Positions 1-9,511 of a DNA stretch of 64,000 nucleotides are shown here, in pieces. The DNA comes from an uncultured Candidatus Binatia bacterium (lineage in GTDB: Bacteria; Desulfobacterota; Binatia; UBA9968; JAJDTQ01). The first letter of the stretch is position 1, and the number at the start of each line of letters is the position of its first letter. The position numbers were made by a program, and so were the translations under genes. Location of the stretch: NCBI GenBank assembly GCA_965213675.1, contig OZ243916.1, positions 1,344,001 through 1,408,000 on the forward strand, read 5' to 3'. The notes beneath the pieces are model-generated. The model saw only the letters and a program-made list of their open reading frames with translations. It did no database searches and was not told the DNA's origin.

Positions 1-130
1 GAGCGAAGATCTCCGCCGGGGGCTTGATCGACAGCGAAAGCATCCACGCGAAGGGCAGCAATACGAGCGCCGCCCCGACGGCGAGGAACGCGAGCATGAT
101 CACCTGGCCCAACGGGAAGCGCGCGCTCAT
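1..130 (-). CDS. carbohydrate ABC transporter permease (MalG/UgpE type), runs off window start
   Basis: Hand translation MSARFPLGQVIMLAFLAVGAALVLLPFAWMLSLSIKPPAEIF; ATGA overlap with the upstream permease. Confidence 0.8.
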   Translation of the reverse strand, partial: MSARFPLGQVIMLAFLAVGAALVLLPFAWMLSLSIKPPAEIFA

Positions 131-1032
131 CGGTAATGCACCCGCCTTTCCAGCAGGCCGAACTGCACGAGGGTCAGCGTCAAAACGAAAACGAAGAACA
201 CCATGGTCACGGCGCTTGCGTATCCGGCCTTGAAGTACACGAAACCCTCCCGGTACATGGCATAGACCAGCGTGTCGCTGGCGAAGCCCGGACCCCCGCG
301 CGTCAGCGTGGCGACTGTCTCGAAGACGCGGAACGCGCGCGCCGCCGTGACCACCATCACGAAAAGCGTGGTGGGGCCAAGGAGAGGCCATGTGATGGTC
401 CAGAACCGATCCCAGCCCGGGCCCACGCCGTCGATCTCCGCGGCCGCGTACAGGTGGTCGGGGATCGCTGCCAGGCCGGCGAGAAACAGCACCATATTGT
501 AACCCACCGTTTCCCAGATACCGATCACCGCCAGGGAATAGAGGACGATGCCGCGATCCGAGAGCCACTCGTGGCCGGGCAGTCCCACGACCCCCAAAAC
601 CTGGTTCAAGAGGCCGAGATTCGGATGCATCAGCATCTGCCAGACCGTCGCCATTGCCACGAGCGTGCCAGCCACGGGCATGAAGTAGGCCGTGCGCAGG
701 ACTCCCGCCAGGGTTTGACTCCAACTCGCCGTCCGGTGGACGCCAAGGGCGACCAGCAAGGCGAGGACCATCGATGCGGGCATGACGATGGCCACGTAAA
801 TCAGCGTGTTGACCACGGCGCGCCGGCCGATGGGGTCGGTGAACAGGACGCTGTAATTCTCCAGGCCGATCCACGCGAAGCTCTGGGCGCCGAGCTGATA
901 GTCGGTGAAGGAAAGCACGGCCACCGCGAGCACCGGTCCGAAGATCAGCGCCAGCATTGCGACAGTGGCCGGTCCCACCAGCCATGCGTTGGTGAGCGCT
1001 TCACGCAGCGCGCCGGGAAGGCGTGGGGTCAT
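127..1032 (-). CDS. carbohydrate ABC transporter permease (MalF/UgpA type)
   Basis: WIGLENY motif, EAA-like loop (LYAAAEIDG), ITWPLL, multiple TM segments. Confidence 0.92.
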   Translation of the reverse strand: MTPRLPGALREALTNAWLVGPATVAMLALIFGPVLAVAVLSFTDYQLGAQSFAWIGLENYSVLFTDPIGRRAVVNTLIYVAIVMPASMVLALLVALGVHRTASWSQTLAGVLRTAYFMPVAGTLVAMATVWQMLMHPNLGLLNQVLGVVGLPGHEWLSDRGIVLYSLAVIGIWETVGYNMVLFLAGLAAIPDHLYAAAEIDGVGPGWDRFWTITWPLLGPTTLFVMVVTAARAFRVFETVATLTRGGPGFASDTLVYAMYREGFVYFKAGYASAVTMVFFVFVLTLTLVQFGLLERRVHYR

Positions 1033-2195
1033 CGCACTGTTTCCGCCGCGGGCCGTTCCCGGGGTGATCGCGGCACAAGGCGGACGGCCAGCCGCGCTCC
1101 CGTCGACGCGTCGAAGAGGTGCGCCTGATCCGGATTGAAGGCAAGACGAGTCTCTTCACCCGGCTGGCGCGGCGCCGAGTGGGCCGGAAGAATGGCGCGC
1201 ATCGTTTCGCCGCCGGGAACGGCCACGGTCGCCACCGCGTTCGAACCGAGGTATTCCAGCCGTGCCACCTTCCCGGCGACGGGGCCGTCCGCGGACGGGA
1301 ACAGCGCCTCCGGACGCAGGCCAACGAGTATCCTGTCGCATGGCGGACGAGGGTCGAGCGCGAAGCCGGAGAACGGTGGCGGCAGTTCTCGGGAACGCGT
1401 CGCGACCTCCGCCAGATTCAAGGGATGGTCACCGACAAAAGCCGCGATGTCCCGGGTGGCCGGACGTTCGTAGATCTCATGCGGGGTTCCCGACTGGACG
1501 ATGCGTCCTTCCATCATGACGGCGATCTGATCGGACATGCTCATGGCCTCCGCCTGATCATGGGTGACGTACACGAATGTCCGGCCGGTGCGCTTGTGAA
1601 GGTCCACCAACTCGCCGCGCATCTGAAGGCGCAGCTTCACGTCGAGATTGGAGAGCGGCTCGTCCAGCAAGAACGCGATGGGGTCGCGCACGAGGGCCCG
1701 CGCCACCGCGGCGCGCTGTTGCTGGCCCCCGGAAAGTTGCCCGGGCTTGCGGTCGAGGAGAGTCCCGATGTCCAGCAAGGCGGCGACTTCACGCACCTTT
1801 TCCCGATGGGCGGCCGCAAGACGCCGGGAGGAGTCCAGCAGGCGGTTCAGTAACGGCAGGCGCTGCCAGAAGCTCATGTTTCGCATGGCCAGAGGAAGCG
1901 TGATGTTCTGGCGCACCGTCATGTGCGGATAGAGCGCGTAGGACTGAAACACCATGGCAATGTTGCGTTGCGCCGCGGTCAGGCCGGTCACGGCGTGTCC
2001 ATCGATAAGCACATCGCCGGCGCTCTGTCGATCAAGTCCGGCGATGATGCGCAGCGTCGTGGACTTGCCGCAACCCGACGGCCCAAGGAGCGTCGCGAGC
2101 GTGCCTTCGGCGATGGTCAGCGAAACTCCATCGAGGGCGGTGGCGGAGCCGTAACGCCGGTAGACATTCCTGAGCTCGATGCGCCCGAATCCCAT
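1029..2195 (-). CDS. ABC transporter ATP-binding protein (MalK/UgpC family)
   Basis: GPSGCGKST Walker A, VFQSYALYPHM, LSGGQQQR signature, LLDEPLSNLD. Confidence 0.95.
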   Translation of the reverse strand: MGFGRIELRNVYRRYGSATALDGVSLTIAEGTLATLLGPSGCGKSTTLRIIAGLDRQSAGDVLIDGHAVTGLTAAQRNIAMVFQSYALYPHMTVRQNITLPLAMRNMSFWQRLPLLNRLLDSSRRLAAAHREKVREVAALLDIGTLLDRKPGQLSGGQQQRAAVARALVRDPIAFLLDEPLSNLDVKLRLQMRGELVDLHKRTGRTFVYVTHDQAEAMSMSDQIAVMMEGRIVQSGTPHEIYERPATRDIAAFVGDHPLNLAEVATRSRELPPPFSGFALDPRPPCDRILVGLRPEALFPSADGPVAGKVARLEYLGSNAVATVAVPGGETMRAILPAHSAPRQPGEETRLAFNPDQAHLFDASTGARLAVRLVPRSPRERPAAETVR

Positions 2196-2383
2196 GAGCG
2201 TTCTCGCGTGTCTCGGTCGTACCCCGGGAAGATTACGTTCGGTGGGCCGAGAAGGTTATAATTTGGCGACTGCGTCGGTGTGGTGTAGGCTCCTGCGGGT
2301 TCAGAATACCCGCGCGAGAATCCTGCGCCTCAACTATACACACCAGGTGCCGGACACAACAGCCCGGCGGGAGAACATCACGC

Positions 2384-3439
2384 ATGCAGCCTGTCATGAA
2401 GGCCATCACCATGAGGCAGTTCGGCGATGTCGATGTCATGCGCATGGAACAGCTTCCTGTCCCCTCCCCCGAGGCCGGGGAGGTGTTGATCCAGGTACAT
2501 TCCGTCTCGGTGAATCAGACTCTGGACATCGCGGTGCGGCAGGGCCTGTACCGCACCAACCTGCAGTTTCCGGTGGTGCTCGGCACCGACCCCGCGGGTG
2601 TGGTGGCGGCCACGGGCGCCGGGGTGACCTCCACGCGCTCCGGTGAGCGGGTGGCGGTGGTGGCGTCCATCCGCTGCGGCGAGTGCCGCTTCTGTCTCAT
2701 GGGCCGGGAGGACTCGTGCCCCCGGAGCAAGCACCTGGGGCTGGACCGTTGGGGCGGGTACGCGGAGTACGTGACCGTGCCCGCGGAGAATGTCTTCGCG
2801 ATCCCGGACAACCTGTCCTTTGGTGAAGCCTCGGTGGTCACCCGCCACTTTCCCACGGCCATCAACCTGCTCCTCAACCACGCGCACCTCGAAGCGGGCG
2901 AGTGGGTGCTCATCATGGGAGCGGCGGGGGCGCTGGGCAGTTGTGGCGTGCAGATCGCGCGGCACCAGGGCGCCCGGGTCATCGCGGCGGCGGGCGCCGA
3001 CTCCAGGGCACAAGCGGCGGTGGGCTACGGCGCCGGGTTCGCCGTCAACTATCGGGAGCAGGACCTGGAGCAGGAAGTCCTGCGCATCACCGGGGGCCAC
3101 GGCGTCGATGTGCTGTTCGAGAACATCGCCGACCCGACGCTCTGGCCTGGCGCCTTCAACAGCCTGGCCTTCGCCGGCCGGCTCGTGACCGCGGGCGCCC
3201 ACGGCGGCGGCACCGTGCCCCTGGACGTGAAGCGGCTCTACCTCCGGCGCATCCGCATCATCGGCCAACCCGGCGCCACCCGCAAGGACGTGGAGCTGGC
3301 CCTGTCACTGGCGGGCCAGGGCGCCGTCCGCGCCATCATCGACCGCACCCTGCCGTTGGCGCGCGTAAAGGAGGCGCACGAATTGCTCCAACGAGGCGGA
3401 ATCATCGGCAAGATCGTGCTGGATCCCACCCTGGGCTGA
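2384..3439 (+). CDS. zinc-binding MDR-family dehydrogenase / quinone oxidoreductase-like
   Basis: CGECRFC...C structural Zn motif, GAAGALG nucleotide-binding motif, GKIVL C-terminus; catalytic Zn Cys/GHE replaced (SVN, GTD). Confidence 0.88.
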   Translation: MQPVMKAITMRQFGDVDVMRMEQLPVPSPEAGEVLIQVHSVSVNQTLDIAVRQGLYRTNLQFPVVLGTDPAGVVAATGAGVTSTRSGERVAVVASIRCGECRFCLMGREDSCPRSKHLGLDRWGGYAEYVTVPAENVFAIPDNLSFGEASVVTRHFPTAINLLLNHAHLEAGEWVLIMGAAGALGSCGVQIARHQGARVIAAAGADSRAQAAVGYGAGFAVNYREQDLEQEVLRITGGHGVDVLFENIADPTLWPGAFNSLAFAGRLVTAGAHGGGTVPLDVKRLYLRRIRIIGQPGATRKDVELALSLAGQGAVRAIIDRTLPLARVKEAHELLQRGGIIGKIVLDPTLG

Positions 3440-3534
3440 ATTGCCACAGGAAGAATTGCCACGAGAAGAACAGCCTGATAGCTTGCTCGAATCGCAGTCT
3501 CCCCGCGTATCCCCAAACGAGAGGACACGACTCC

Positions 3535-4395
3535 ATGGCGCAACTCGTCACCATGCTCGGCATCACGCACAACCCGTTCATGCCCGGGCTGTTCAAGCAG
3601 GCGCAGCAGCCGCCGGGAGCCGCCAAGGTGCAGGAGCGCATCGCGATGATGCGCGCCAAGCTGGCACAGCACAGGCCGGACGTGCTCATCACCATCGGCA
3701 ACGATCACCTGCACCAGTTCTTCATGGACAACATGCCGGCGTTCATGATCGGCAGGATGGACCGCTTCCACGGCACCTTCTACGACGAGGCACGGGAGTT
3801 CGGCCTGCCGGAGTGCGACCTGGCCGGCGACCTGGATCTGTGCAACCGGCTTCTGGAGGGCGCCTACGAACGCGGCGTGGACTTCGCCTACTCCAGCGAG
3901 TTGACCGTGGACCACTCCATCGTGGTGCCGATGATGTTCGTGCGGCCGGAGATGGACATTCCCATCGTTCCCATTCTGACCAACTGCATTGCCCCGCCGC
4001 TGCCCACCGCCCGGCGTTTCTACGAAGTGGGACAGGCAATCCGCTCGGTCATCGACAGCCTGCCCGACGGCAAGCGCGTGGGCGTCCTGGTGAGTGGCCA
4101 CCTGTCGCTGGAGGTAGGCGGCCCCAAGCAGTTCGAGCGGCGCCTGATGGACCCGGACTTCGACGCCCGCGCCGTGGGTTGGATAGCCGCCGGCGACATC
4201 GACGCGGCGGCGCGGGAATGCAACCTGCAACAGATGGTTCCTTCGGGCAACATGACCATGGGTTTCCTGAACTTCCTCATGGCCATGGGCGTGGCCAACG
4301 GGGCATCGCCGACGCACTCCGAAGGGCTCGACGCGGGCTTTCCCGCGGTGCCGTTCTTCGCCTGGGAACAAAAGGAAGAGGGAGCGGGCCTGTGA
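3535..4395 (+). CDS. class III extradiol ring-cleavage dioxygenase, LigB-like beta subunit
   Basis: ATG 3535 after GAGG; THNP, NDHLHQFF, VDH and PIVPI..NC..PPLP motifs. Confidence 0.85.
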   Translation: MAQLVTMLGITHNPFMPGLFKQAQQPPGAAKVQERIAMMRAKLAQHRPDVLITIGNDHLHQFFMDNMPAFMIGRMDRFHGTFYDEAREFGLPECDLAGDLDLCNRLLEGAYERGVDFAYSSELTVDHSIVVPMMFVRPEMDIPIVPILTNCIAPPLPTARRFYEVGQAIRSVIDSLPDGKRVGVLVSGHLSLEVGGPKQFERRLMDPDFDARAVGWIAAGDIDAAARECNLQQMVPSGNMTMGFLNFLMAMGVANGASPTHSEGLDAGFPAVPFFAWEQKEEGAGL

Positions 4396-4703
4396 GCAAG
4401 TACCTGGTCAACAAGTTCATGCACGTGGTGAACATGAACGAGGAGGCGGAGGACGCCTACGTGGAGAACCCGCCGGGCTTCGTCGCCAAGTGGGAGAAGG
4501 GCGAGCGTCTCAAGTTCACACCCGAGGAGCGGCGCGCCCTGGAACGGCGCGATTACGGCAGCCTTTACGCCATGGGCGCGCACCCGTTCCTGCTGTGGAG
4601 CTTCACCGAGGCCATCTGGCGCCACGAAGTGGACCGGGAAGAGCTGGTCCGGGACTACAAGGAAAAGGCCGCGGCGGTGGGATACCCGGACTTCGAGAGT
4701 TAA
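4392..4703 (+). CDS. LigA-like small dioxygenase subunit
   Basis: GTGA overlap with ligB-like gene; SKYLVNKF...FTPEERRAL..RDYGSLYAMGAHPFLL. Confidence 0.75.
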   Translation: MSKYLVNKFMHVVNMNEEAEDAYVENPPGFVAKWEKGERLKFTPEERRALERRDYGSLYAMGAHPFLLWSFTEAIWRHEVDREELVRDYKEKAAAVGYPDFES

Positions 4704-4881
4704 CCCCCATGTTGCAGAAGCTGGAAGCAAGGAGAGGATCGGGAGGCAAGTGGGATGGGAACTGCAAGGAGGGGCTTGTTGGGGAATATCACTGCAGGTG
4801 AGGTTGAGCGGCGGAGTCGGGTTATGGGGAATTTCACGAAGCGTCATTCAGGCCTGTTCGGGCCTTCTCATACCGCCCGTC

Positions 4882-5130
4882 TCATTCGGCTCTTCTGTTG
4901 AACCGCTTGGTCCAGTCCAGCCACGGAAAGCGCTCGTGGTAGCGGCGCACCAACTCGCGCCCGCCGATGCCGCAACCGGCCCAGAACACGACTTGACTGG
5001 CAAAGTAGATGCCGGCCGCCACCGCCAGCCGATTGTATTCGACGTCGACGAAGGGCAGCAGCAGAATCGTGGCGGTGATCGCCCACGAGCCGGCTATCAA
5101 TGCTACCGCGAGCTTTTCCAGAAGGTTCAT
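4882..5130 (-). CDS. small two-TM membrane protein (transporter-suffix-domain-like)
   Basis: Two hydrophobic helices ending SQVVFWAGCGIGGRELVRRY. Confidence 0.6.
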   Translation of the reverse strand: MNLLEKLAVALIAGSWAITATILLLPFVDVEYNRLAVAAGIYFASQVVFWAGCGIGGRELVRRYHERFPWLDWTKRFNRRAE

Positions 5131-5269
5131 GTGTTTCGTGACGGGTGCACCCCGCCGTATGCACACACCGGCCTTGGGGCCGGGCGCGGGTTGCCTTCGA
5201 TAACGGCCTGACTCTGTCGAAAACGGATGAGCGCCTTCGCTGCCCCCGGAACAGGAGGCGAAAGCGCGG

Positions 5270-7348
5270 CTACTGCGGATTGCGGACGATGCGCACGTCC
5301 ACCGCGGCCACTCCCGCGCCCGCCTCCTGCACCATCAGCGGATTGATCTCCAGGTCGCTCAGGCGCCCCCGGTGCGCGGCAAACAGGTCGGACAGGCCAA
5401 CGATGGCCCGGACCAGCGCGTCGACGTCGCGGGGTCCCTGCCCGCGCACGCCTTCGAGAATCTTGTAACCCTTGAGTTGGCGGAGCATGGCCTGCGCGTC
5501 CCCGGCAGTCACCGGGATGAGACGCAGCGCCACGTCCTTCAGCACCTCCACGAAGATGCCGCCCAGGCCCACCATGACAAAGGGACCGTACTGCGGGTCC
5601 ACGCGGGCGCCCAGAATGACCTCGGTGCCTCCGACCATTTCCTGCACCAGCAGCCTCGATCCGGACGGCCCCTTGGCGAGCAGTTCCGCTCCCGCCTGCG
5701 CCACGCGTTCGCCCGAATCCAGGCCCAGCACCACGCCTCCTACCTCGGTCTTGTGCACCACCTCGGGGGACTGTAGCTTCAACACCACCGGGTAGCCCAT
5801 CTCTGCGGCGCGGGCCGTGGCCTCCGCCGGCGTGTCCACCACCGCCTCCCGCGGCGGTGTCAGGCCGTGTGCCGCCAACCGCTGTTGCCAGGCGGCCCCT
5901 TCCAGGTCCTCCGCCCGGCCGGCGGCGGCCGGCATCGCCGAGATCCCCAGCCGACGGCGCCGGCCGTAGGCGCCCAGTCCGTTGAGCGCCCGCAGCGTCG
6001 CCTTGATGCCTTGCAGGTGCGGCACCTCCGAAGCCTCCTGAAAGGCCCGGCTCTCGTCCTGCAGGCTGTAGGTGGAGCGGGCGTGGGCCACGATGGGCTT
6101 GTCGATACTCCGGGAGATGTTCTTCAACAGGTCCGGGTTGCGCTTCTCGCCGAAGCGCGGCAGCTCGCCGTGGATGGCCAGCAGGTCCACGCCGTCGTCC
6201 TCGGCGTGAATGCGCACGATGTCGGCGAAGGTATTCTCGTTGCCGAAGCCGGCCACGCCGCACTCCAGCGGGTTCTCCACTACCAAGTCGTCGGGAATGA
6301 GCGGCCGCAACGCCTGGTTGGACGCGTCGCTCAGGGTGGCCAGCTCGATGCCCACATCTTCGATGTGGTCCAGCAGAATGCCCTTCATGCCGCCGGAGTT
6401 GACCACGATGGCGGCGCGCCCGCCCCGGGGCCGCCGGCCCGGCAGGAACGCCAGGGTCATCTCCGTCAGATCCTCCAGACTGTGGCAGCGCACCATGCCG
6501 TAGCGGTCGCAGGCGGCCGAGAAGACCTCATCATCGCCCGCCAGCGAGCCCGTGTGGGAGATGGCCTGACGCTTGCCCATCTCCGAGCGCCCGAGCTTCA
6601 CCACGATGAGGGGCTTGTCCGCCTCCAGCGCCCGTGCGGCCATCTCCAGGAACATCCTGGGACGGCGGATGCCTTCCACCATGAGCACGATGATCTTCGT
6701 CTCGTCGTTGTCGATGAGGAAGGAAAGATAGTCCACCACGTCCAGGCTCACCTCGTTGCCGCTGGAGATGGCGTAACTGAAGCCGACGCCGCGCTCGGCC
6801 GCGCCCTTCATCCAGTTGCCCAGGGAGCCTCCGCTCTGGAACACCGCGGCCACGGGCCCGGGCCGGAGCAGCGGCTGGCGCTGGGCGTAGGTCATCATGC
6901 GCTGGTTCACCGACGCCGCGCCCATGCAGTTGGGGCCGCAACAGACGATGCCGCTCTCCTCGCAGAACTCGGCCAGCTCGCGGCCGCGCTCGTGGCTCTT
7001 GGGATCGGTCCCTTCGCCGAAGCCCGCGCTGTAGATGGTGGCCGCCTTCGTTCCCAGCGGAACGGCCTGCCGCAGCGTGGGGATCACCGCCCGGCTCGGC
7101 ACCAGCATCAGCAGGTGGTCCGCCGGTTCGGGCAACGCCTCCAGGCTCGGGTAGCACGGTGCGTCCCAAAGTGTCTCGTAGTTGGGGTTGATGAGGAAGA
7201 CGTTGCCGGGAAACTCCGCGGCCTTGAGGCTGTGAAAAAGCAGGTTCGGCCAGTTGCCCTTGGGCGAGGCGCCGACGATGGCCACGCTCTTGGCGTGCAG
7301 CAGGTTGCCTGCCGGGAGAATGGTGGTTCTTTCCGTCGTTTCGGTCAT
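5270..7348 (-). CDS. ADP-forming acyl-CoA ligase (acetate--CoA ligase family; CoA-binding plus ATP-grasp)
   Basis: SVAIVGAS, GPNCMG, SHTGSLAG phospho-His motif, HKTEVGGV, LEINPL; start at MTETTE. Confidence 0.9.
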   Translation of the reverse strand: MTETTERTTILPAGNLLHAKSVAIVGASPKGNWPNLLFHSLKAAEFPGNVFLINPNYETLWDAPCYPSLEALPEPADHLLMLVPSRAVIPTLRQAVPLGTKAATIYSAGFGEGTDPKSHERGRELAEFCEESGIVCCGPNCMGAASVNQRMMTYAQRQPLLRPGPVAAVFQSGGSLGNWMKGAAERGVGFSYAISSGNEVSLDVVDYLSFLIDNDETKIIVLMVEGIRRPRMFLEMAARALEADKPLIVVKLGRSEMGKRQAISHTGSLAGDDEVFSAACDRYGMVRCHSLEDLTEMTLAFLPGRRPRGGRAAIVVNSGGMKGILLDHIEDVGIELATLSDASNQALRPLIPDDLVVENPLECGVAGFGNENTFADIVRIHAEDDGVDLLAIHGELPRFGEKRNPDLLKNISRSIDKPIVAHARSTYSLQDESRAFQEASEVPHLQGIKATLRALNGLGAYGRRRRLGISAMPAAAGRAEDLEGAAWQQRLAAHGLTPPREAVVDTPAEATARAAEMGYPVVLKLQSPEVVHKTEVGGVVLGLDSGERVAQAGAELLAKGPSGSRLLVQEMVGGTEVILGARVDPQYGPFVMVGLGGIFVEVLKDVALRLIPVTAGDAQAMLRQLKGYKILEGVRGQGPRDVDALVRAIVGLSDLFAAHRGRLSDLEINPLMVQEAGAGVAAVDVRIVRNPQ

Positions 7349-7445
7349 GTCGTCTCTTCTTTCGATGAGGGTGCCTGCGCACGGCGGTCCGCGCCGGTCA
7401 CGCCCTGGTCGCCTTCCCGGCGCGGTCCTGGCGAGTGGTTTCTTT

Positions 7446-7958
7446 CTAGAACAATTCGATGCCCAGGAAGCGGAACAGCTCCCCCTCATACCAGGAGGCA
7501 TGAATCACCTGGTCGAACACCCCGTACAGGAACGCGATGGCGCCCGCCGTAAGACCCAGGGACAGGAGCCATCCTTCATCCGACCCGACCTTCAGGTAGA
7601 GAAAGACGAACAACGGCATCGCGATGAGCTGTCCCAGAAGCCACGTGCCCGCGAATATGCCCATCAACCAGAAGCAGATGAAAAAGGTCCGCTTCAGGGC
7701 CTCGCCGCTGCGGAGGTTCACGTCGAGAAAAATGTCCGCGGCCCCCCCGGGCCCATCGGGGGCCTTCTCCTCCCCGCCCCGGATTCCCGTCCACAGCGAA
7801 AGGATCACGGCGATGATGCAGCCCGCAAAGCCGATCAGCGTGGGAAACAGCGAGGTCTTCCCCGGCCACTCCCTGGCCGTAACCACGCCAGCGGCGAACA
7901 TGACCGCCAGGGCGAGTATGAACAGGCTCTCGATGTAGTGCTCGCGGATCCGTCGCAT
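7446..7958 (-). CDS. tripartite tricarboxylate transporter TctB family
   Basis: About 4-5 TM segments, LFP motif, directly downstream of tctA-like gene. Confidence 0.8.
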   Translation of the reverse strand: MRRIREHYIESLFILALAVMFAAGVVTAREWPGKTSLFPTLIGFAGCIIAVILSLWTGIRGGEEKAPDGPGGAADIFLDVNLRSGEALKRTFFICFWLMGIFAGTWLLGQLIAMPLFVFLYLKVGSDEGWLLSLGLTAGAIAFLYGVFDQVIHASWYEGELFRFLGIELF

Positions 7959-7959
7959 G

Positions 7960-9432
7960 TCATGCCTTCCGGCGCATCTGGGCTCGCGTCGCGTAGTAGA
8001 GCGTCGCCGCGGTCATCAGGATCAGGAGGATGCAGATGGGCCGCTCCCACAGCCACGACCAGCCGTAGCGGCTGACGCTGATGTCGAGGTAGCGCTCCAT
8101 GATGGGGCCCAGGACGATGCCCAGGGCGATGGGCGGCCGCGGCCAGCCCCACCGCTTCATCAGGTAGCCCAAAGCCCCCAGGCTCATCAGCACGAGCCAG
8201 TCGCCCAACTCCTGCGTCGCCATCCAGGAACCCATGAACACGAGAACCACGATGATGGGGATGAGAATGCTGCCGCGTATGGTGGTGACCTTGGCGAGTT
8301 GGTTCGTGAACCCCATCAACAGGATGGCGGTCAGGACGTTGGCGATGACCAGCGCCCAGATCACCGAGAACGTGACGTCGAGACGGGTGCTGAGAAGCTC
8401 GGGACCCGGGTAGATGCCGTGGATCAGGAAGGCGCCCAGCAGGATGGCCATGGTGGCGCTTCCGGGAATACCGAACGCGATGGTGGGGATCAGCGAGCCG
8501 CCCTTCATGGCGTTGTTGGCGGCCTCCGGCGCGATGACGCCCCGTATCTCGCCCTTGCCGAATTCCGCCTTCGGGTCCTTGTTGGACTGGACCGCATGGC
8601 CGTAGGCCACCCAGTCGACGATGCTGGCCCCGAGACCGGGGATGAAGCCGATGTAGGCGCCGATGACCGCGCACCGGAGCGCCAGCCACCAGTTACGCGC
8701 GGCGTCGCGCACGCCGTCCCAGAGCCCCTTCCCCATCTCCGGCACTTCCGACAGGGTGCCGCGGCGTACCGCCAGCTCCACCACCTCGGGAAGCGAGAAC
8801 AGACCCAGCACGCACGGGACGATGGGAAGCCCTTCCAGGAGATACGGCGCGCCGAACCAGAAGCGCGGGATGCCATCCTGGGGCGAGTAGCCGATCATGG
8901 AGATCTGCAACGCCACCAGGCCCACCAGTATGCCCTTGGCCGGGGCGTTGCCGCTCAAGGCGCCTACCATGGCCATGCCCAGCACGCCCAGGAGGAAAAA
9001 CTCCGGGGCGCCGAACGAGAGCACCAGCGGGCTCAGGATCGGTATCGAGAAAATCAGCAGGATGGCGCCCACCACGCCGCCAAAGCCGGACACCGTGTAG
9101 GCGGCGCCGAACGCCCGCGCCGCCTCCCCCTTCTTCGCCAACGGGTAGCCATCCATGATGGTGGCCTGGGAGCCGGCGGTGCCGGGGACGCCCAACAGAA
9201 CCGACGATATGGTGTCCGACGTCGAGGTAATGGCGTACATGCCCATGAGCAGCGCCATGGCCTCGTAGGGTTGAAGATCAAAAGTGAACGGCAGCAGGAT
9301 GGCCATCCCGGAGAGGCCCGAGAGGCCCGGAACCATTCCGAAAAAGACACCCAGAGTGATACCCAGCAACAGATAGCCGAAGGCCGGCCAGGCGAGAATA
9401 CCCTGAAGTCCCAGTTGGGCTGCTTCTAGCAT
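7960..9432 (-). CDS. tripartite tricarboxylate transporter permease TctA family
   Basis: GVPGT...DGYPLAKKGEAARA, APEAANNA, GIPGS motifs. Confidence 0.92.
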   Translation of the reverse strand: MLEAAQLGLQGILAWPAFGYLLLGITLGVFFGMVPGLSGLSGMAILLPFTFDLQPYEAMALLMGMYAITSTSDTISSVLLGVPGTAGSQATIMDGYPLAKKGEAARAFGAAYTVSGFGGVVGAILLIFSIPILSPLVLSFGAPEFFLLGVLGMAMVGALSGNAPAKGILVGLVALQISMIGYSPQDGIPRFWFGAPYLLEGLPIVPCVLGLFSLPEVVELAVRRGTLSEVPEMGKGLWDGVRDAARNWWLALRCAVIGAYIGFIPGLGASIVDWVAYGHAVQSNKDPKAEFGKGEIRGVIAPEAANNAMKGGSLIPTIAFGIPGSATMAILLGAFLIHGIYPGPELLSTRLDVTFSVIWALVIANVLTAILLMGFTNQLAKVTTIRGSILIPIIVVLVFMGSWMATQELGDWLVLMSLGALGYLMKRWGWPRPPIALGIVLGPIMERYLDISVSRYGWSWLWERPICILLILMTAATLYYATRAQMRRKA

Positions 9433-9511
9433 GCTGTGTGGGCGTTAGGCTGGTTGGGAGTGCCCGTTGCCGGCCCACGAGGCGGCCGGCAACGGGCACA
9501 CGGTTGATAGC

